A stretch of 64,000 nt of DNA from Macrostomum lignano (lineage: Eukaryota). Shown one piece after another: positions 51,250 to 64,000 of the stretch. The notes beneath the pieces were generated by a model that was not told where the DNA came from, searched no databases, and saw only the letters and a program-made list of their open reading frames with translations. The translations under genes and the position numbers were made by a program. The DNA lies in contig NIVC01002136.1 in NCBI GenBank assembly GCA_002269645.1, positions 62,001 to 126,000 on the forward strand, given 5' to 3'. Within the stretch, counting starts at the first letter, position 1. Each line of letters opens with the position of its first letter.

Positions 51250-54200
51250 ATGAGACTCTGCGCCGTGTTGACTTTGACCTCGCTTTGCTTGGGCTGCTTG
51301 GTAAGTTTGCTTGGTGAAGACTGAGCTAGCGACTCTGATGCAGACTGAGACTGACAAGAGTTTAGATTGAGACTGATAGGGGTCTAGGGTGAGACTGAGT
51401 AGCAGTGTAGGGTGAGACTGAGTAGGGGTGTAGGGTGAGACTGAGTAGCAGTGTAGGGTGAGACTGAGTAGGGGTGTAGGGTGAGACTGAGTAGCAGTGT
51501 AGGGTGAGACTGAGTAGGGGTCTAGGGTGAGACTGAGTAGCAGTGTAGGGTTAGACTGAGTAGGGGTGTAGGGTGAGACTGAGTAGCAGTGTAGGGTGAG
51601 ACTGAGTAGGGGTGCAGGGTTAGACTGAGTAGGGCTTAGACTAGGTGAGACCAGGTGAGACTGAGTGAGACTGGGTGAGACTGGGTGACACTCGGTGAGA
51701 CTGGGTGAGACTGGGTGAGACTGGGTGAGACTGGGTGAGACTGGGTGAGACTGGGTGAGACTGGGTGAGACTGGGTGAGACTGGGTGAGACTGGGTGAGA
51801 CTGGGTGAGACTGGGTGAGACTGGGTGAGACTGGGTGAGACTGGGTGAGACTGGGTGAGACTGGGTGAGACTGGGTGAGACTGGGTGAGACTGGGTGAGA
51901 CTGGGTGAGACTGGGTGAGACTGGGTGAGACTGGGTGAGACTGGGTGAGACTGGGTGAGACTGGGTGAGACTGGGTGAGACTGGGTGAGACTGGGTGAGA
52001 CTGGGTGAGACTGGGTGAGACTGGGTGAGACTGGGTGAGACTGGGTGAGACTGGGTGAGACTGGGTGAGACTGGGTGAGACTGGGTGAGACTGGGTGAGA
52101 CTGGGTGAGACTGGGTGAGACTGGGTGAGACTGGGTGAGACTGGGTGAGACTGGGTGAGACTGGGTGAGACTGGGTGAGACTGAGTGAGACTGGGTGAGA
52201 CTGGGTGAGACTGGGTGAGACTGGGTGAGACTGGGTGAGACTGGGTGAGACTGGGTGAGACTGGGTGAGACTGAGTGAGACTGGGTGAGACTGGGTGAGA
52301 CTGGGTGAGACTGGGTGAGACTGGGTGAGACTGGGTGAGACTGGGTGAGACTGGGTGAGACTGGGTGAGACTGGGTGAGACTGGGTGAGACTGGGTGAGA
52401 CTGGGTGAGACTGGGTGAGACTGGGTGAGACTGGGTGAGACTGGGTGAGACTGGGTGAGACTGGGTGAGACTGGGTGAGACTGGGTGAGACTGGGTGAGA
52501 CTGGGTGAGACTGGGTGAGACTGGGTGAGACTGGGTGAGACTGGGTGAGACTGGGTGAGACTGGGTGAGACTGGGTGAGACTGGGTGAGACTGGGTGAGA
52601 CTGGGTGAGACTGGGTGACACTCGGTGAGACTGGGTGAGACTGGGTGAGACTGGGTGAGACTGGGTGAGACTGGGTGAGACTGGGTGAGACTGGGTGAGA
52701 CTGGGTGAGACTGGGTGAGACTGGGTGAGACTGAGTGAGACTGGGTGAGACTGGGTGACACTCGGTGAGACTGGGTGAGACTGGGTGAGACTGGGTGAGA
52801 CTGGGTGAGACTGGGTGAGACTGGGTGAGACTGGGTGAGACTGGGTGAGACTGGGTGAGACTGGGTGAGACTGGGTTAGAGTGAACGAGCTGGAATTATC
52901 AAAGTGTTATTAAGAGTGATGGAGAGAATTCTGCCATTCCAGGCGGTGTCAGTCGAGCCAGCCTGCTCAAAAGCCGGATGCAGCCCCGACTCCGCAGACG
53001 CAGTCGACTTTGGCAGCGGTACTGAAGCGGGTTGTTTGTTTCTGAAAAAAAATTTATTGTGGTACAATTTTGAGCAAACCTTTTGCCCCTCCGGTCACCC
53101 GGGTTGCTCCCAGGGTTTTTAATTTCACCTGAGGGGGTTCTCTTTAGCCTGAAATGATTGGCTTTGCCGGCAGTCTGTGATTGAGGGGCCACTTGATCTC
53201 AGCTTGATTCACTGAGCTGGAGTGTTGGCTGTGAGCTTGGTCGCGTATTTGTTGAACTCTAAGAATCGTGGGAATTTTATTACTCCTATCAGAGCTGATT
53301 ATTGTTGAAACAAACTGGAATTGAGTCTTAACTTTCTGTTTTATTGCTGACGTCCGTGGAGAATTTATCCTAATGTAAAAGGAGGGTCTTTTAGTTCATA
53401 TGTACATTTTAAAAAATAAACAGCTAATCTGACCCTACCCCTCCCTCTTTTTAATTTTCTCTAATTACCCTTTCTCTTTGGCCCTCTCTCCCCATCCCTC
53501 TCTCCCTACTCCTCTCTCCTTACCCGTCACTCCCTACCCTTCTCTCATAACCCTCTCATTATCCCTCTTTTCCTACCTCTCTCTCATTACCTGTTTCTGG
53601 TTATTCCTCTCTCACTACCCCTCTCTCCCTAACCCTCTCTCCTCTCTCCCTAACCCTCTCTCCCTACCCCTCTCTCCCTACCCTTCTCTCCCTACCCCTC
53701 TCTCCCTACCCCTCTCTCCTTACCCCTCTCTCCCTACCCCTCTCTCCCTACCCCTCTCTCCCTACCCCTCTCTCCTTACCCCTCTCTCCCTACCCCTCTC
53801 TCCCTACCCCTCTCTCCCTACCCCTCTCTCATCTCACTACCCCTCTCTCCTTACCCCTCTCTCCCTACCCCTCTCTCATCTCACTACCCCTCTCTCCTTA
53901 CCCCTCTCTCGCTACTCCTCTCTCCTTACCCCTCTCTCGCTACTCCTCTCTCCTTACCCCTCTCCCCCTACCCCTCTCTCGCTACCCCTCTCTCCCTACT
54001 CCTCTCTCCTTACCCCTCCCCTCCCCCTACCCGTCTCTCGCTACTCCTCTCTCCTTACCCCTCTCCCCCTACCCCTCTCTCCCTACTCCTCTCTCCCTAC
54101 TCCTCTCTCCTTACCCGTCACTCCCTACCCTTCTCTCATAACCCTCTCATTATCCCTCTCTTCCTACCTCTCTCTCCCTACCCCTCTCTCCCTACCCCTC

Positions 54201-57200
54201 TCTCCCTAGCCCTCTCTCCCTACCCCTCTCTCCCTAGCCCTCTCTCCCTAGCCCTCTCTCCCTAGCCCTCTCTCCCTAGCCCTCTCTCCCTACCCCTCTC
54301 TCCCTAGCCCTCTCTCCCTAGCCCTCTCTCCCTACCCCTGTCTTCCTCTACCCATTTCAGGCCACAAATCTCTATCTCAATCTCTACCCATAACCCTTTC
54401 TACCCCACCTCACCTTTTCCCACTTAAGCGCCCAAATCCAACTTGAGCTAGCCAGCCTCCATCTTCCGCAGCCTCAGTGACTGAGTGAGGGTTGAACAAA
54501 CCTTACTGGCTGAAGCCGTCATGCAGGCAATAAAATATTGTTATTAGCGAGTGCACGGACTGATTGCGCAACGCGAGGCCAACACAGAAGGCCATCTGGC
54601 GACACTCGAAGAGAAAGTCACGTTTCACCGGGCGATCAAGGCCGGGCATCTTTCCATGACCAAAGAACTTGCAAGATTGAGGCGAGGTCAACCGAGGTCA
54701 GGCGGAGTAACTAAAACAGTGGCGATAGATCCTTCAAGCGTTTCTGTATTTTTCCAATGAAAAACTGAAAGAAACGCTTCTCACAGAGCTCTCAGAGACT
54801 TAACAAGCAGTCGGTAAAGTCTTTCTCATCATCACTTCTAGTCTGCCTCATCATTCTCCCCCGCCTACCTCATCATTCCCCACCTCCCTCATCATTCCCC
54901 CGCTTCCCTTAACATTCCCTCATCTCCCCGATCATTCTCCATCTTTATAATTCCCCAACCTCACTCATCATTCCTACTCTCTCTTATCACTCCCCGCCTC
55001 CCCCATCATTCCCCGCCTCCCTCATCATTCCCCACCTTCCTCATCGTTCCCCCGCCTCTCTCATCATTCCCCACCCCCTCATCATTCTCCCGCCTATCTC
55101 ATCATTCCCCCGCCTCCCTCATCATTCTCCACCTTCTTCATCGTTCTCCACCTCCCCCATCATTCCCCCGCCTCTTTCATCATTCCCCCACCTCCCTCAT
55201 CATTCCCCCGCCTCCCTCATCATTCCCCCGCCTCCCTCATCATTCCCCGCCTCTCTCATCATTCCCCGCCTCTTTCATCATTCCCCCACCTCCCTCATCA
55301 TTCCCCCGCCTCCCTCATCATTCCCCGCCTCCCTCATCATTCCCCGCCTCCCCCATCATTCCCCGCCTCTCTCATCATTCCTACTCTCTCTTATCACTCC
55401 CCGCCTCCCTCATCATTCCCCCGCCTCCCTCATCATTCCCCACCTCCCTCATCATTCCCCCGCCTCCCTCATCATTCCCCACCTCCCTCATCATTCTCCC
55501 GCCTATCTCATCATTCCCCCCACCTCATAATTCTCCGCCTCCCTCATCATTCCCCACCTCCCTCATCATTCTCCCGCCTATCTCATCATTCCCCCTACCT
55601 CATAATTCTCCGCTTCCCTCATTATTGCCCACTTAACTCATCATTCCTCCAGTTATCCCTCATTTTCAAACCCCTTATCGTTTCTCCTAGTTCTCTCATA
55701 ATTTCTTATTCATATCTTTCGGGTAAAAAATAGAGTTACCCCAGTAAATCTATGAGGTGCCACTCTGCTTAAAAGACACTGACGCAGAGTGGCAACACCA
55801 TCGCAGCCCTCCATCAACCCCCTTTAGAAGAAGCTCTTAGGACGGTTTTCAACTGACAGCTGGTGCTGTTTTGTAGCCCAAGACAAAAGGCTACCAGCTG
55901 CAGCCGGCACTGTCTATCTGCACATTGCATCGAGATGAGGTTCATAGCCAACAGCTGAGAGAGGCACGTGCGCGGATAAAGTGCACAATTTTGGTGGGCC
56001 AGAATTCGTGAAAAACTTCTTTGTTCGAAAACATCCTGTTAGGGAGTTGGAGCTCTTTTAGAGCAAGGGTTGAAGGAATGAGGGAAAGGATGGGTCAATA
56101 AATGGGTCACCTGTTGAGTCAATGGATGGGTTAACTGTTGCGTCTATGAATGGGTCATCTGTTGGGTCTATGGGTCAACTGTTGGGTCAATGGGTCAACT
56201 GTTAGGTCAATGGGTCAAAAATGGTTTACGTGTTCGGTAAATGGGTCGGTCAATGGATGGGCCAATGGATGGGTCAATGAATGGATCACCTGTTGGTCCA
56301 ATAGATAGTTCAATAAATGGGTCAACCTGTTAGTTCAATGGCTGGGTCAACTGTTGGGTCACTGGATGGGTCAACTGTTGGGTCCATGGATGAGCAAACT
56401 GTTGAGTCAATGGGTCAATAAGTGGGTCACCTGTTGGGTCAACGGGTGGATCAATAAATGCCACCTGTTGAGTCAATTGACTGGGTCAATGGATGGGTCA
56501 ATGGATGGGTCAATGGATGGGTCAATGAATGGATCAACAGCTTTCTGAGATGGGTCATTCAGCTCATTTCCGGTTCAACCCCAAAGTCTTCAGGCACTAA
56601 TCTGATGGCAGCGCAACCCCCGCTTCGCCCGTAGGCGCCGTTTCCCAAGCCCCGTGCCAGCTCGAGGCTCGCTCAGTCTCCGAGACCACCGTCGAGCTCG
56701 ATTGCAGAAGCAGCCAGCCGCCGACATCGGCACCGGCGCTGCAGCAGCAGCCCTCGTTCGGCGGCGGTCGCCGACTGTCGCTGGAGTTCCGGCGGGTGGA
56801 CGTTGGCGGCGGCGTGGATGAGAAGCAGGCAGCGTGGGGGACCCTGCTCGAGTCGGTGGCCCAGCTGCCCCTGCAGCTTGATGGGCTCGCGCCATTCACC
56901 AGTTACCAGGTGAGGCGCTCACTCTGCAATCTACCCTGCCCGACCGTTTACTCACCTCCCTCATCATTCCCTGCCTCCCTCATCATTCCCCGCCTCCCTC
57001 ATCATCCCCCACCTCACTCATCATCCTCCACCTCCCTCATCATTCTCTGCCTCCCTCATCATTCTCTGCCTCCCTCATCATTCCCCGCCTCCCTCATCAT
57101 TCCCCGCCTACCTCATCATTCCCCGCCTCCCTCATCATCCCCCCACCTCACTCATCATCCTCCACCTCCCTCATCATTCCTCCGCCTCCCTCATCCTTCC

Positions 57201-60200
57201 CCGCCTCCCTCATTCTTCCCCCACTTACCTCATCACCCCCACCTCCCTCATAATTCCCCATCTCACTCATCATTCCTCGCCTCCCTCATCATTCTCCCGC
57301 CTCCCTCATCATTCCCTTATCTCCCTCTCACCTTATGATTCACTAATGTAAACTAACTGCCTCAACGCCTACACTCAAACCGTCCCACTTTCAAGGCCCG
57401 TCTGGTCGCCTGGAACGCATCACAGAATCAGTTGCTGGACATCGGCGAACCCGGCAGCTTCACAACCCTGGAACGAAAGGGTGAGAGTGCATTTCTAATC
57501 ATCCATAAGGCTGGAATTGCAAGCCACTGTAAGTAAGCGTGGAAGTTCAGCGCCTCTGGTGATAAAGCCTCTGGTGCTGGCGCCCCTGGTGCTAAAGCCC
57601 GGCTGGCGCCCCCTCAATAAGAAACGCTGGTTTCGCCCCTCCTCGCTAGTCGAACGCCACTAACCCGACCTTCGCAATGTGCAGCGCCGCCGTCGACCGC
57701 GCCGCGGTCCCTGACAGCCTCGTGGGCAGCGGAATCCGGTCAAACGCTCCGGGTGTCCTGGAAACCGCCGAGCATCCCGAACTCCCGCCTGACGGGTTTC
57801 ACGCTGACGATGCAGCAGCGGCGCGGCGAGTCGACGGGAGAGCCGCCAGGCCTCACTCACTCCGAGTTCGTTCGTCAAGCTCCGGCCCTGGTGGAGGCGC
57901 CGGCTTGTCACGCCGCTGGCTCGAGCACCGACGCCTGTCGCCTGTCAATCAGCTTGGCTGCCGTCAATCAACATGGGGCCGGCCCGGCAGCTCGTGTTGA
58001 CGTTGTTCAGCGGCCCACGGCGCCGACCACGGCCCGGCTGCTGCTGCAGGTTGGCGGAGCGCTCAAGCTGGTGGCAGTGCCCGGGCCGCCCAGGTACACC
58101 ACCGTTGTCAGCGGCAACGACCAGGAGGGCGTTCTTGGTGAGTCGAATGAGTAACTAGAAAAGTCCCCAGATCTTGAGATTCTGAAATCCACAAATCCCC
58201 AAATCCTCAAGTCCACAAATCCTCAAATCCCCAAATCCTCAAGTCCTCAAATCCCCAAATCCTCGAATCCCCAAATCCCCAAATCCCCAAATCCCCAAAT
58301 TCTCGAATCCACAAATCCTCAAATCCCCAAATCCTCAAATCCTGATATCCCAAAATCCTCAAATTCTCATAACAAATCCCTAAATCCCAAAATCCTAAAA
58401 TCCCCAAAACCCCAAAGCTCCAAATCCACAAATCCCCAAATCCTCAAATCTTGAAATCCTCAAATGCCTAAATCCTCAAACCTCCAAATCCCAAAAATCC
58501 TCAAACCTCCAAATCCCAAATCCTCAAATACCCAAATCCTCAAATGCCCAAATCCTCAACTCCCCAAATCCTCAACTCCCCAAATCCTCAAATGCCCAAA
58601 TCCCCAAATGCCCAAATCCTCAAATGCCCAAATCCTCAACTCCCCAAATCCTCAACTCCCCAAATCCTCAAATGCCCAAATCCCCAAATGCCCAAATCCT
58701 CAAATGCCCAAATCCTCAACTCCCCAAATCCTCAACTCCCCAAATCCTCAAATGCCCAAATCCCCAAATGCCCAAATCCTCAAATGCCCAAATCCTCAAA
58801 TGCCCAAATCCTCAAATGCCCAAATCCCCAAATGCCCAAATCCTCAAATGCCCAAATCCTCAAATGCCCAAATCCTCAACTCCCCAAATCCTCAAATGCC
58901 CAAATCCCCAAATGCCCAAATCCTCAAATGCCCAAATCCTCAAATGCCCAAATCCTCAAATGCCCAAATCCTCAAATGCCCAAATCCTCAACTCCCCAAA
59001 TCCTCAAATGCCCAAATCCTCAAATGCCCAAATCCTCAACTCCCCAAATCCTCAAATGCCCAAATCCCCAAATGCCCAAATCCTCACATACCCAACTCCC
59101 CATATCCCCAAACCCAACCAAAGATAGCTACCTTTCCTCAGCAAGTTTCGAACAGTGGGCAAAATGAAAAACTCCGCCACTTAGAGCTGGTCCTCATCTT
59201 TCGCGGTAGGCGCCGCCCAAGAGGTAATTTTTTTAAACTGAGAATGCTCGACTGCTGGCCTGACGTTTCATTTGCTGACGTCATTAACCGCTCGATAAAG
59301 TTTGCTGTGGCCTCAAAAGGATGACGCAATCGGTCTATTCAGCTGCGTACTAACCGAAATCAAACTTTGCTTAACTTCTTAGTTCTCGTTTCCTTTTGTG
59401 CTTTGACTAAAAATATTGCATTGAGTAATCAATCACATCAAAAACCATAACTTCTGAATCACAAATCAATCTGTCAGTCATAAACCAGGATCAATCAGTC
59501 ATAAACCAGGATCAATCAGTCATAAACCAGGATCAATCAGTCATAAACCAGGATCAATCAGTCATAAACCAGGATCAATCAGTCATAAACCAGGATCAAA
59601 CAGTCATAAACCAGGATCAAACAGTCATAAACCAGGATCAATCAGTCATAACCAGGATCAATCAGTCATAAACCAGGATCAATCAGTCATAAACCAGAAT
59701 CAATCAGTCATAAACCAGGATCAATCAGTCATAACCAGGATCAAACAGTCATAAACCAGGATCAATCAGTCATAACCAGGATCAATCAGTCATAACCAGG
59801 ATCAATCAGTCATAACCAGGATCAATCAGTCATAAACCAGGATCAATCAGTCATAAACCAGGATCAATCAGTCATAAACCAGGATCACTCAGTCATAAAT
59901 CAGAATCTATCAGTCATAAACCAGAATCAATCAGTCATAAACCAGGATCAATCAGTCATAAACCAGGATCAATCAGTCATAACCAGGATCAAACAGTCAT
60001 AAATCAGAATCAATCAGTCATAAACCAGAATCAATCAGTCATAAACCAGGATCAATCGGTCATAACAAGGATCAAACAGTCATAAACCAGAATCAATCAG
60101 TCATAAACCAGGATCAATCAGTCATAAACCAGGATCAATCGGTCATAACAAGGATCAAACAGTCATAAACCAGGATCAATCAGTCATAAACCAGGATCAA

Positions 60201-63200
60201 TCGGTCATAACAAGGATCAAACAGTCATAAATCACTGTCCAAAGCAATTCTAAACCGCAGCATTCGCAGTGGACGCTCGGCAGCAGCTGCTGTTCTCCGT
60301 TGACCACCTGGGCAGCCTGACCCGGCGCAACCTGACCACCGCTAGATCTGAGTCAGATGACTCAATTAAGCTGCCTCGAGTTCGACAAAAGGTGCTGAAA
60401 CTGACCGTGGACTGGGTGGCTCAACACGTTTACATCCTGACGAAGCCTGGGGTGAGTCAGAGCTCTACCATACTCTCCATGATTGTCAGAACTTTCTAGC
60501 TGATGTCAGAACTCTATCATCCTGACAACTCTCATCCTGACAACTCTCATCCTGACAACTCTCATCCTGACAACTCTCATCCTGACAACTCTCATCCTGA
60601 CAACTCTCATCCTGACAACTCTCATCCTGACAACTCTCATCCTGACAACTCTCATCCTGACAACTCTCATCCTGACAACTCTCATCCTGACAACTCTCAT
60701 CCTGACAACTCTCATCCTGACATCGCTTATCATGACACCTTTCTTCGTGACTTCTCTTCTAGCATCTATTACTCTAAAATCCCAAACAATTTTAATTCCG
60801 ATCCCTCTCTTTCTGAGAATTTCGAGTATCTTCACCTTTGATCCAAAAAAAATTTTTTCTAACTATCTAATTGTGAAATATCTTCCTGACACCGCTGGGA
60901 CACCCAGTTACTATGTCCATCATCCCAGATTCCCACAAGCCAGCCGCATCCCCAACCCCCAACCCCCCCTTCGACGCAGGACATCCTGCTAGCGTCGGAC
61001 TGGTACAGCAAAGTCGCCGCCGAGGAGCCGAAAAAAATTGGCGACTCGCCCGGTAGCCGAGACCGGCTGAGGGCTGGCCAGGTGCAGATGCAGGTGGACC
61101 CCGTCAATGGGTAAGTCTGTGCTCAGCTTAGTGCTCACAGGATGCAGTCTGTGCTCAGCTTAGTGCTCGCAGGATGCAGTGTGTGCTCAGCTTAGTGCTC
61201 GCAGGATGCAGTGTGTGCTCAGCTTAGTGCTCGCAGGATGCAGTGTGTGCTCAGCTTAGTGCTCACAGGATGCAGTCTGTGCTCAGCTTAGTGCTCGCAG
61301 GATGCAGTGTGTGCTCAGCTTAGTGCTCGCAGGATGCAGTGTGTGCTCAGCTTAGTGCTCACCGGATGCAGTGTGTGCTCAGCCTAGTGCTCACAGGATG
61401 CAGTGTGTGCTCAGCTTAGTGCTCACAGGATGCAGTGTGTGCTCAGCTTAGTGCTCACAGGATGCAGTGTGTGCTCAGCTTAGTGCTCACAGGATGCAGT
61501 GTGTGTTCAGCTTAGTGCTCACAGGATGCAGTGTGTGTTCAGCTTAGTGCTCACAGGATGCAGTGTTGCATTCGCTCGCTTCACCTTGCCGGTTTTCAGG
61601 TACCTGTTTCTTTTGCAAGACGGCAATCTTTATCGCAGCGACCTTCCTAGAGGAGGCCTCCAGCTCAACTGGACTCGGGTGCCCGCGGCTTCTGAAGGTA
61701 CGGCTTATAAAATTCTGACACGGGAGACACGCACCTTAATCACCTGTTAGACACGGGAGTCGCTCACCTTAATCACCTGTTAGACACGGGAGTCGCTCAC
61801 CTTAATCACCTGTTAGACACGGGAGTCGCTCACCTTAATCACCTGTTAGACACGGGAGTCGCTCACCTTAATCACCTGTTAGACACGGGAGTCGCTCACC
61901 TTAATCACCTGTTAGACACGGGAGTCGCTCACCTTAATCACCTGTTAGACACGGGAGTCGCTCACCTTAATCACCTGTTAGACACGGGAGTCGCTCACCT
62001 TAATCACCTGTTAGACACGGGAGTCGCTCACCTTAATCACCTGTTAGACACGGGAGTCGCTCACCTTAATCACCTGTTAGACACGGGAGTCGCTCACCTT
62101 AATCACCTGTTAGACACGGGAGTCGCTCACCTTAATCACCTGTTAGACACGGGAGTCGCTCACCTTAATCACCTGTTAGACACGGGAGTCGCTCACCTTA
62201 ATCACCTGTTAGACACGGGAGTCGCTCACCTTAATCACCTGTCAGACACGGGAGTCGCTCACCTTAATCACCTGTTAGACACGGGAGTCGCTCACCTTAA
62301 TCACCTGTTAGACACGGGAGTCGCTCACCTTAATCACCTGTTAGACACGGGAGTCGCTCACCTTAATCACCTGTCAGACACGGGAGTCGCTCACCTTAAT
62401 CACCTGTTAGACACGGGAGACGCTCACCTTAATCACCTGTTAGACACGAGGTTGCTCACCTTAATCACCTGTTAGACACGGGAGTCGCTCACCTTAATCA
62501 CCTGTTAGACACGGGAGTCGCTCACCTTAATCACCTGTTAGACACGGGAGTCGCTCACCTTAATCACCTGTTAGACACGGGAGTCGCTCACCTTAATCAC
62601 CTGTTAGACACGGGAGTCGCTCACCTTAATCACCTGTTAGACACGGGAGTCGCTCACCTTAATCACCTGTTAGACACGGGAGTCGCTCACCTTAATCACC
62701 TGTTAGACACGGGAGTCGCTCACCTTAATCACCTGTTAGACACGGGAGTCGCTCACCTTAATCACCTGTTAGACACGGGAGTCGCTCACCTTAATCACCT
62801 GTCAGACACGGGAGTCGCTCACCTTAATCACCTGTTAGACACGGGAGTCGCTCACCTTAATCACCTGTTAGACACGGGAGTCGCTCACCTTAATCACCTG
62901 TTAGACACGGGAGTCGCTCACCTTAATCACCTGTTAGACACGGGAGTCGCTCACCTTAATCACCTGTTAGACACGGGAGTCGCTCACCTTAATCACCTGT
63001 TAGACACGGGAGTCGCTCACCTTAATCACCTGTCAGACACGGGAGTCGCTCACCTTAATCACCTGTTAGACACGGGAGTCGCTCACCTTAATCACCTGTT
63101 AGACACGGGAGTCGCTCACCTTAATCACCTGTTAGACACGGGAGTCGCTCACCTTAATCACCTGTTAGACACGGGAGTCGCTCACCTTAATCACCTGTTA

Positions 63201-63610
63201 GACACGGGAGTCGCTCACCTTAATCACCTGTCAGACACGGGAGTCGCTCACCTTAATCACCTGTTAGACACGGGAGTCGCTCACCTTAATCACCTGTTAG
63301 ACACGGGAGTCGCTCACCTTAATCACCTGTTAGACACGGGAGACACTCAAATGCAGAGTCACATCCGACATTTCCTCAATTTCTTTTCTTAACGACAGCA
63401 TCAGCTCCGCTGTCATCGTTTCGAGTTCTGCCAGCCAGTCAGCGACTGCTGCTGGTCATGGAGTCCAACTCCAGTTCTGTGCTGAGCAGCGACTTGAGCG
63501 GCCGCGGCGTCACTTCGGACTCGACAGTCGATGGAGCGTCGGCATCCCAGCCGATTATTCGGCTGCTTCGACTTCCGGATGGCCGGCTGGTGTGGACGGA
63601 CGGCTCGATG
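51250..63610 (+). CDS. ROS1: ROS1/Sevenless-like receptor tyrosine kinase, N-terminal ectodomain (about 553 aa); gene continues past the window end
   Basis: Exons 51250-51300 (signal peptide MRLCAVLTLTSLCLGCL), 52943-~53114 (donor uncertain), 56635-56909, 57396-57480, 57685-58137, 60270-60451, 60980-61110, 61600-61697, 63399-63610, all phase-compatible. FN3 motifs (LDGLAPFTSYQ; VSWKPP...GFTL; SLAAVNQHGAGP) are followed by YWTD-like propeller motifs (LTVDWVAQHVY; QVDPVNGYLFLLQDGNLYRSDLP; LVWTDG) in ROS1 order. The kinase domain is not in the window. Confidence 0.85.
51380..52876. repeat. ROS1-like intron 1: 23-bp array followed by a near-perfect 10-bp array
   Basis: GGGTGAGACTGAGTAGGGGTGTA (51380-51635), then (CTGGGTGAGA) about 120 times. 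Confidence 0.97.
53480..57330. repeat. Pyrimidine-rich and other minisatellites in ROS1-like introns 2-3 (span includes exon 3 and unique DNA)
   Basis: CCCTACCCCTCTCT-type at 53480-54345, CCTCATCATTCCCCGCCTC-type at 54845-55630 and 56955-57330, and GGGTCAATGGAT-type at 56085-56540. Confidence 0.9.
58190..60235. repeat. Two minisatellites in ROS1-like intron 5
   Basis: 16-bp CCCAAATCCTCAAATG (58190-59105) and 21-bp CAGTCATAAACCAGGATCAAT (59475-60235). Confidence 0.95.
60515..60725. repeat. 15-bp perfect minisatellite, intron 6
   Basis: CCTGACAACTCTCAT about 14 times. Confidence 0.97.
61115..61565. repeat. 32-bp minisatellite filling intron 7
   Basis: TGTGCTCAGCTTAGTGCTCACAGGATGCAGTG about 14 times, starting 4 nt after the donor. 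Confidence 0.97.
61718..63345. repeat. 33-bp near-perfect minisatellite filling intron 8, about 49 copies
   Basis: Unit GACACGGGAGTCGCTCACCTTAATCACCTGTTA. Confidence 0.98.
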
Positions 63611-64000
63611 GTCAGAAATTTGCTGCGACGTTTTCTGCTTTTAGTTTGCGCCCGTGCTTAAAAATACTGATTACTTCAAGTAGTATGAGCAAAATCAAGC
63701 GTTGTTTAGCTTCAAAGTGAAAGCAAAACAATTTCGATATCAAATCACACTCCGTCGATGACGCACGCTCACATTTGGTGTACGGTGGCCCCTGGCTTTC
63801 ATAATCTTCGGGCAAGCAACTCACTCTGCATCATGTGGATTGGCCCTCATGGGCAGGAATCGTACGACAAGTCCCAAACATGAGCCCCAAATTAATGTGG
63901 CTGAGCGCAAAATCTGAGTGTCTTTAGAATGTTACAGCCTCCCATCAGTGCTGACATGCGACAAATAAAACCATCAAAGAAGTTTAGAAGTAAGTAAAGT

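Noticed and set aside
47264-52761. 785-aa, 551-aa and related SHTVSLSLT / SLTQSHPV ORFs
   Set aside because: They are 10/20-bp satellite translations.
54440-54760. GC-richer island in ROS1-like intron 2 with short ORFs
   Set aside because: No recognisable homology or phase-compatible splice pair. It may be a decayed element or a missed exon and cannot be resolved by eye.
55757-55975. 11-bp inverted repeat and four E-boxes in ROS1-like intron 2
   Set aside because: Short motifs expected by chance, with no independent support for an enhancer.
59142-59222. Possible extra ROS1-like exon (AG at 59141, GT at ~59224)
   Set aside because: In the required phase it reads into TGA at 59165-59167, and exon 58137 joins 60270 directly in frame with continuous homology.
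58464-60841. Pro/Asn-rich ORFs (PKSSNAQIL, HPDNS repeats)
   Set aside because: They are translations of intronic 16-bp and 15-bp minisatellites.

Overview
Eukaryotic animal DNA with GC-rich exons, AT-rich spacers, introns largely filled by minisatellites, and a (TTAGGG)n tract. This style suggests a free-living flatworm such as Macrostomum (inference only). Nine spliced or single-exon genes could be rebuilt by hand with consistent GT-AG phases. On the minus strand, in a co-oriented run: TCTEX1D1-like dynein light chain (5' part), CCDC28, an F-box/LRR protein, ARMC1 and a G-protein gamma subunit. Then a cytoplasmic-type actin (+), an intronless nuclear receptor with an atypical P-box (-), an uncharacterised 320-aa protein with SAXO/Mn-like motifs (-), and the 5' nine exons of a ROS1/Sevenless-like receptor (+). 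Non-autonomous transposons include two Merlin elements with 8-bp TSDs, four copies of one hAT MITE family, a Tip100-like MITE and two Helitron-like fragments. The most unusual structures are two. First, 26.8-40.1 kb holds three homologous ~300-bp cassettes with degenerate tRNA-like A/B boxes, each directly followed by its own 3-4 kb array of 22-24-bp units; two cassettes form a ~1-kb palindrome with a Helitron-like element at its axis. Second, the G-gamma/ARMC1 junction looks operon-like: a 6-nt ATG-bearing first coding exon lies ~55 nt after the upstream gene's AATAAA. Most long ORFs in the supplied track are repeat artefacts.
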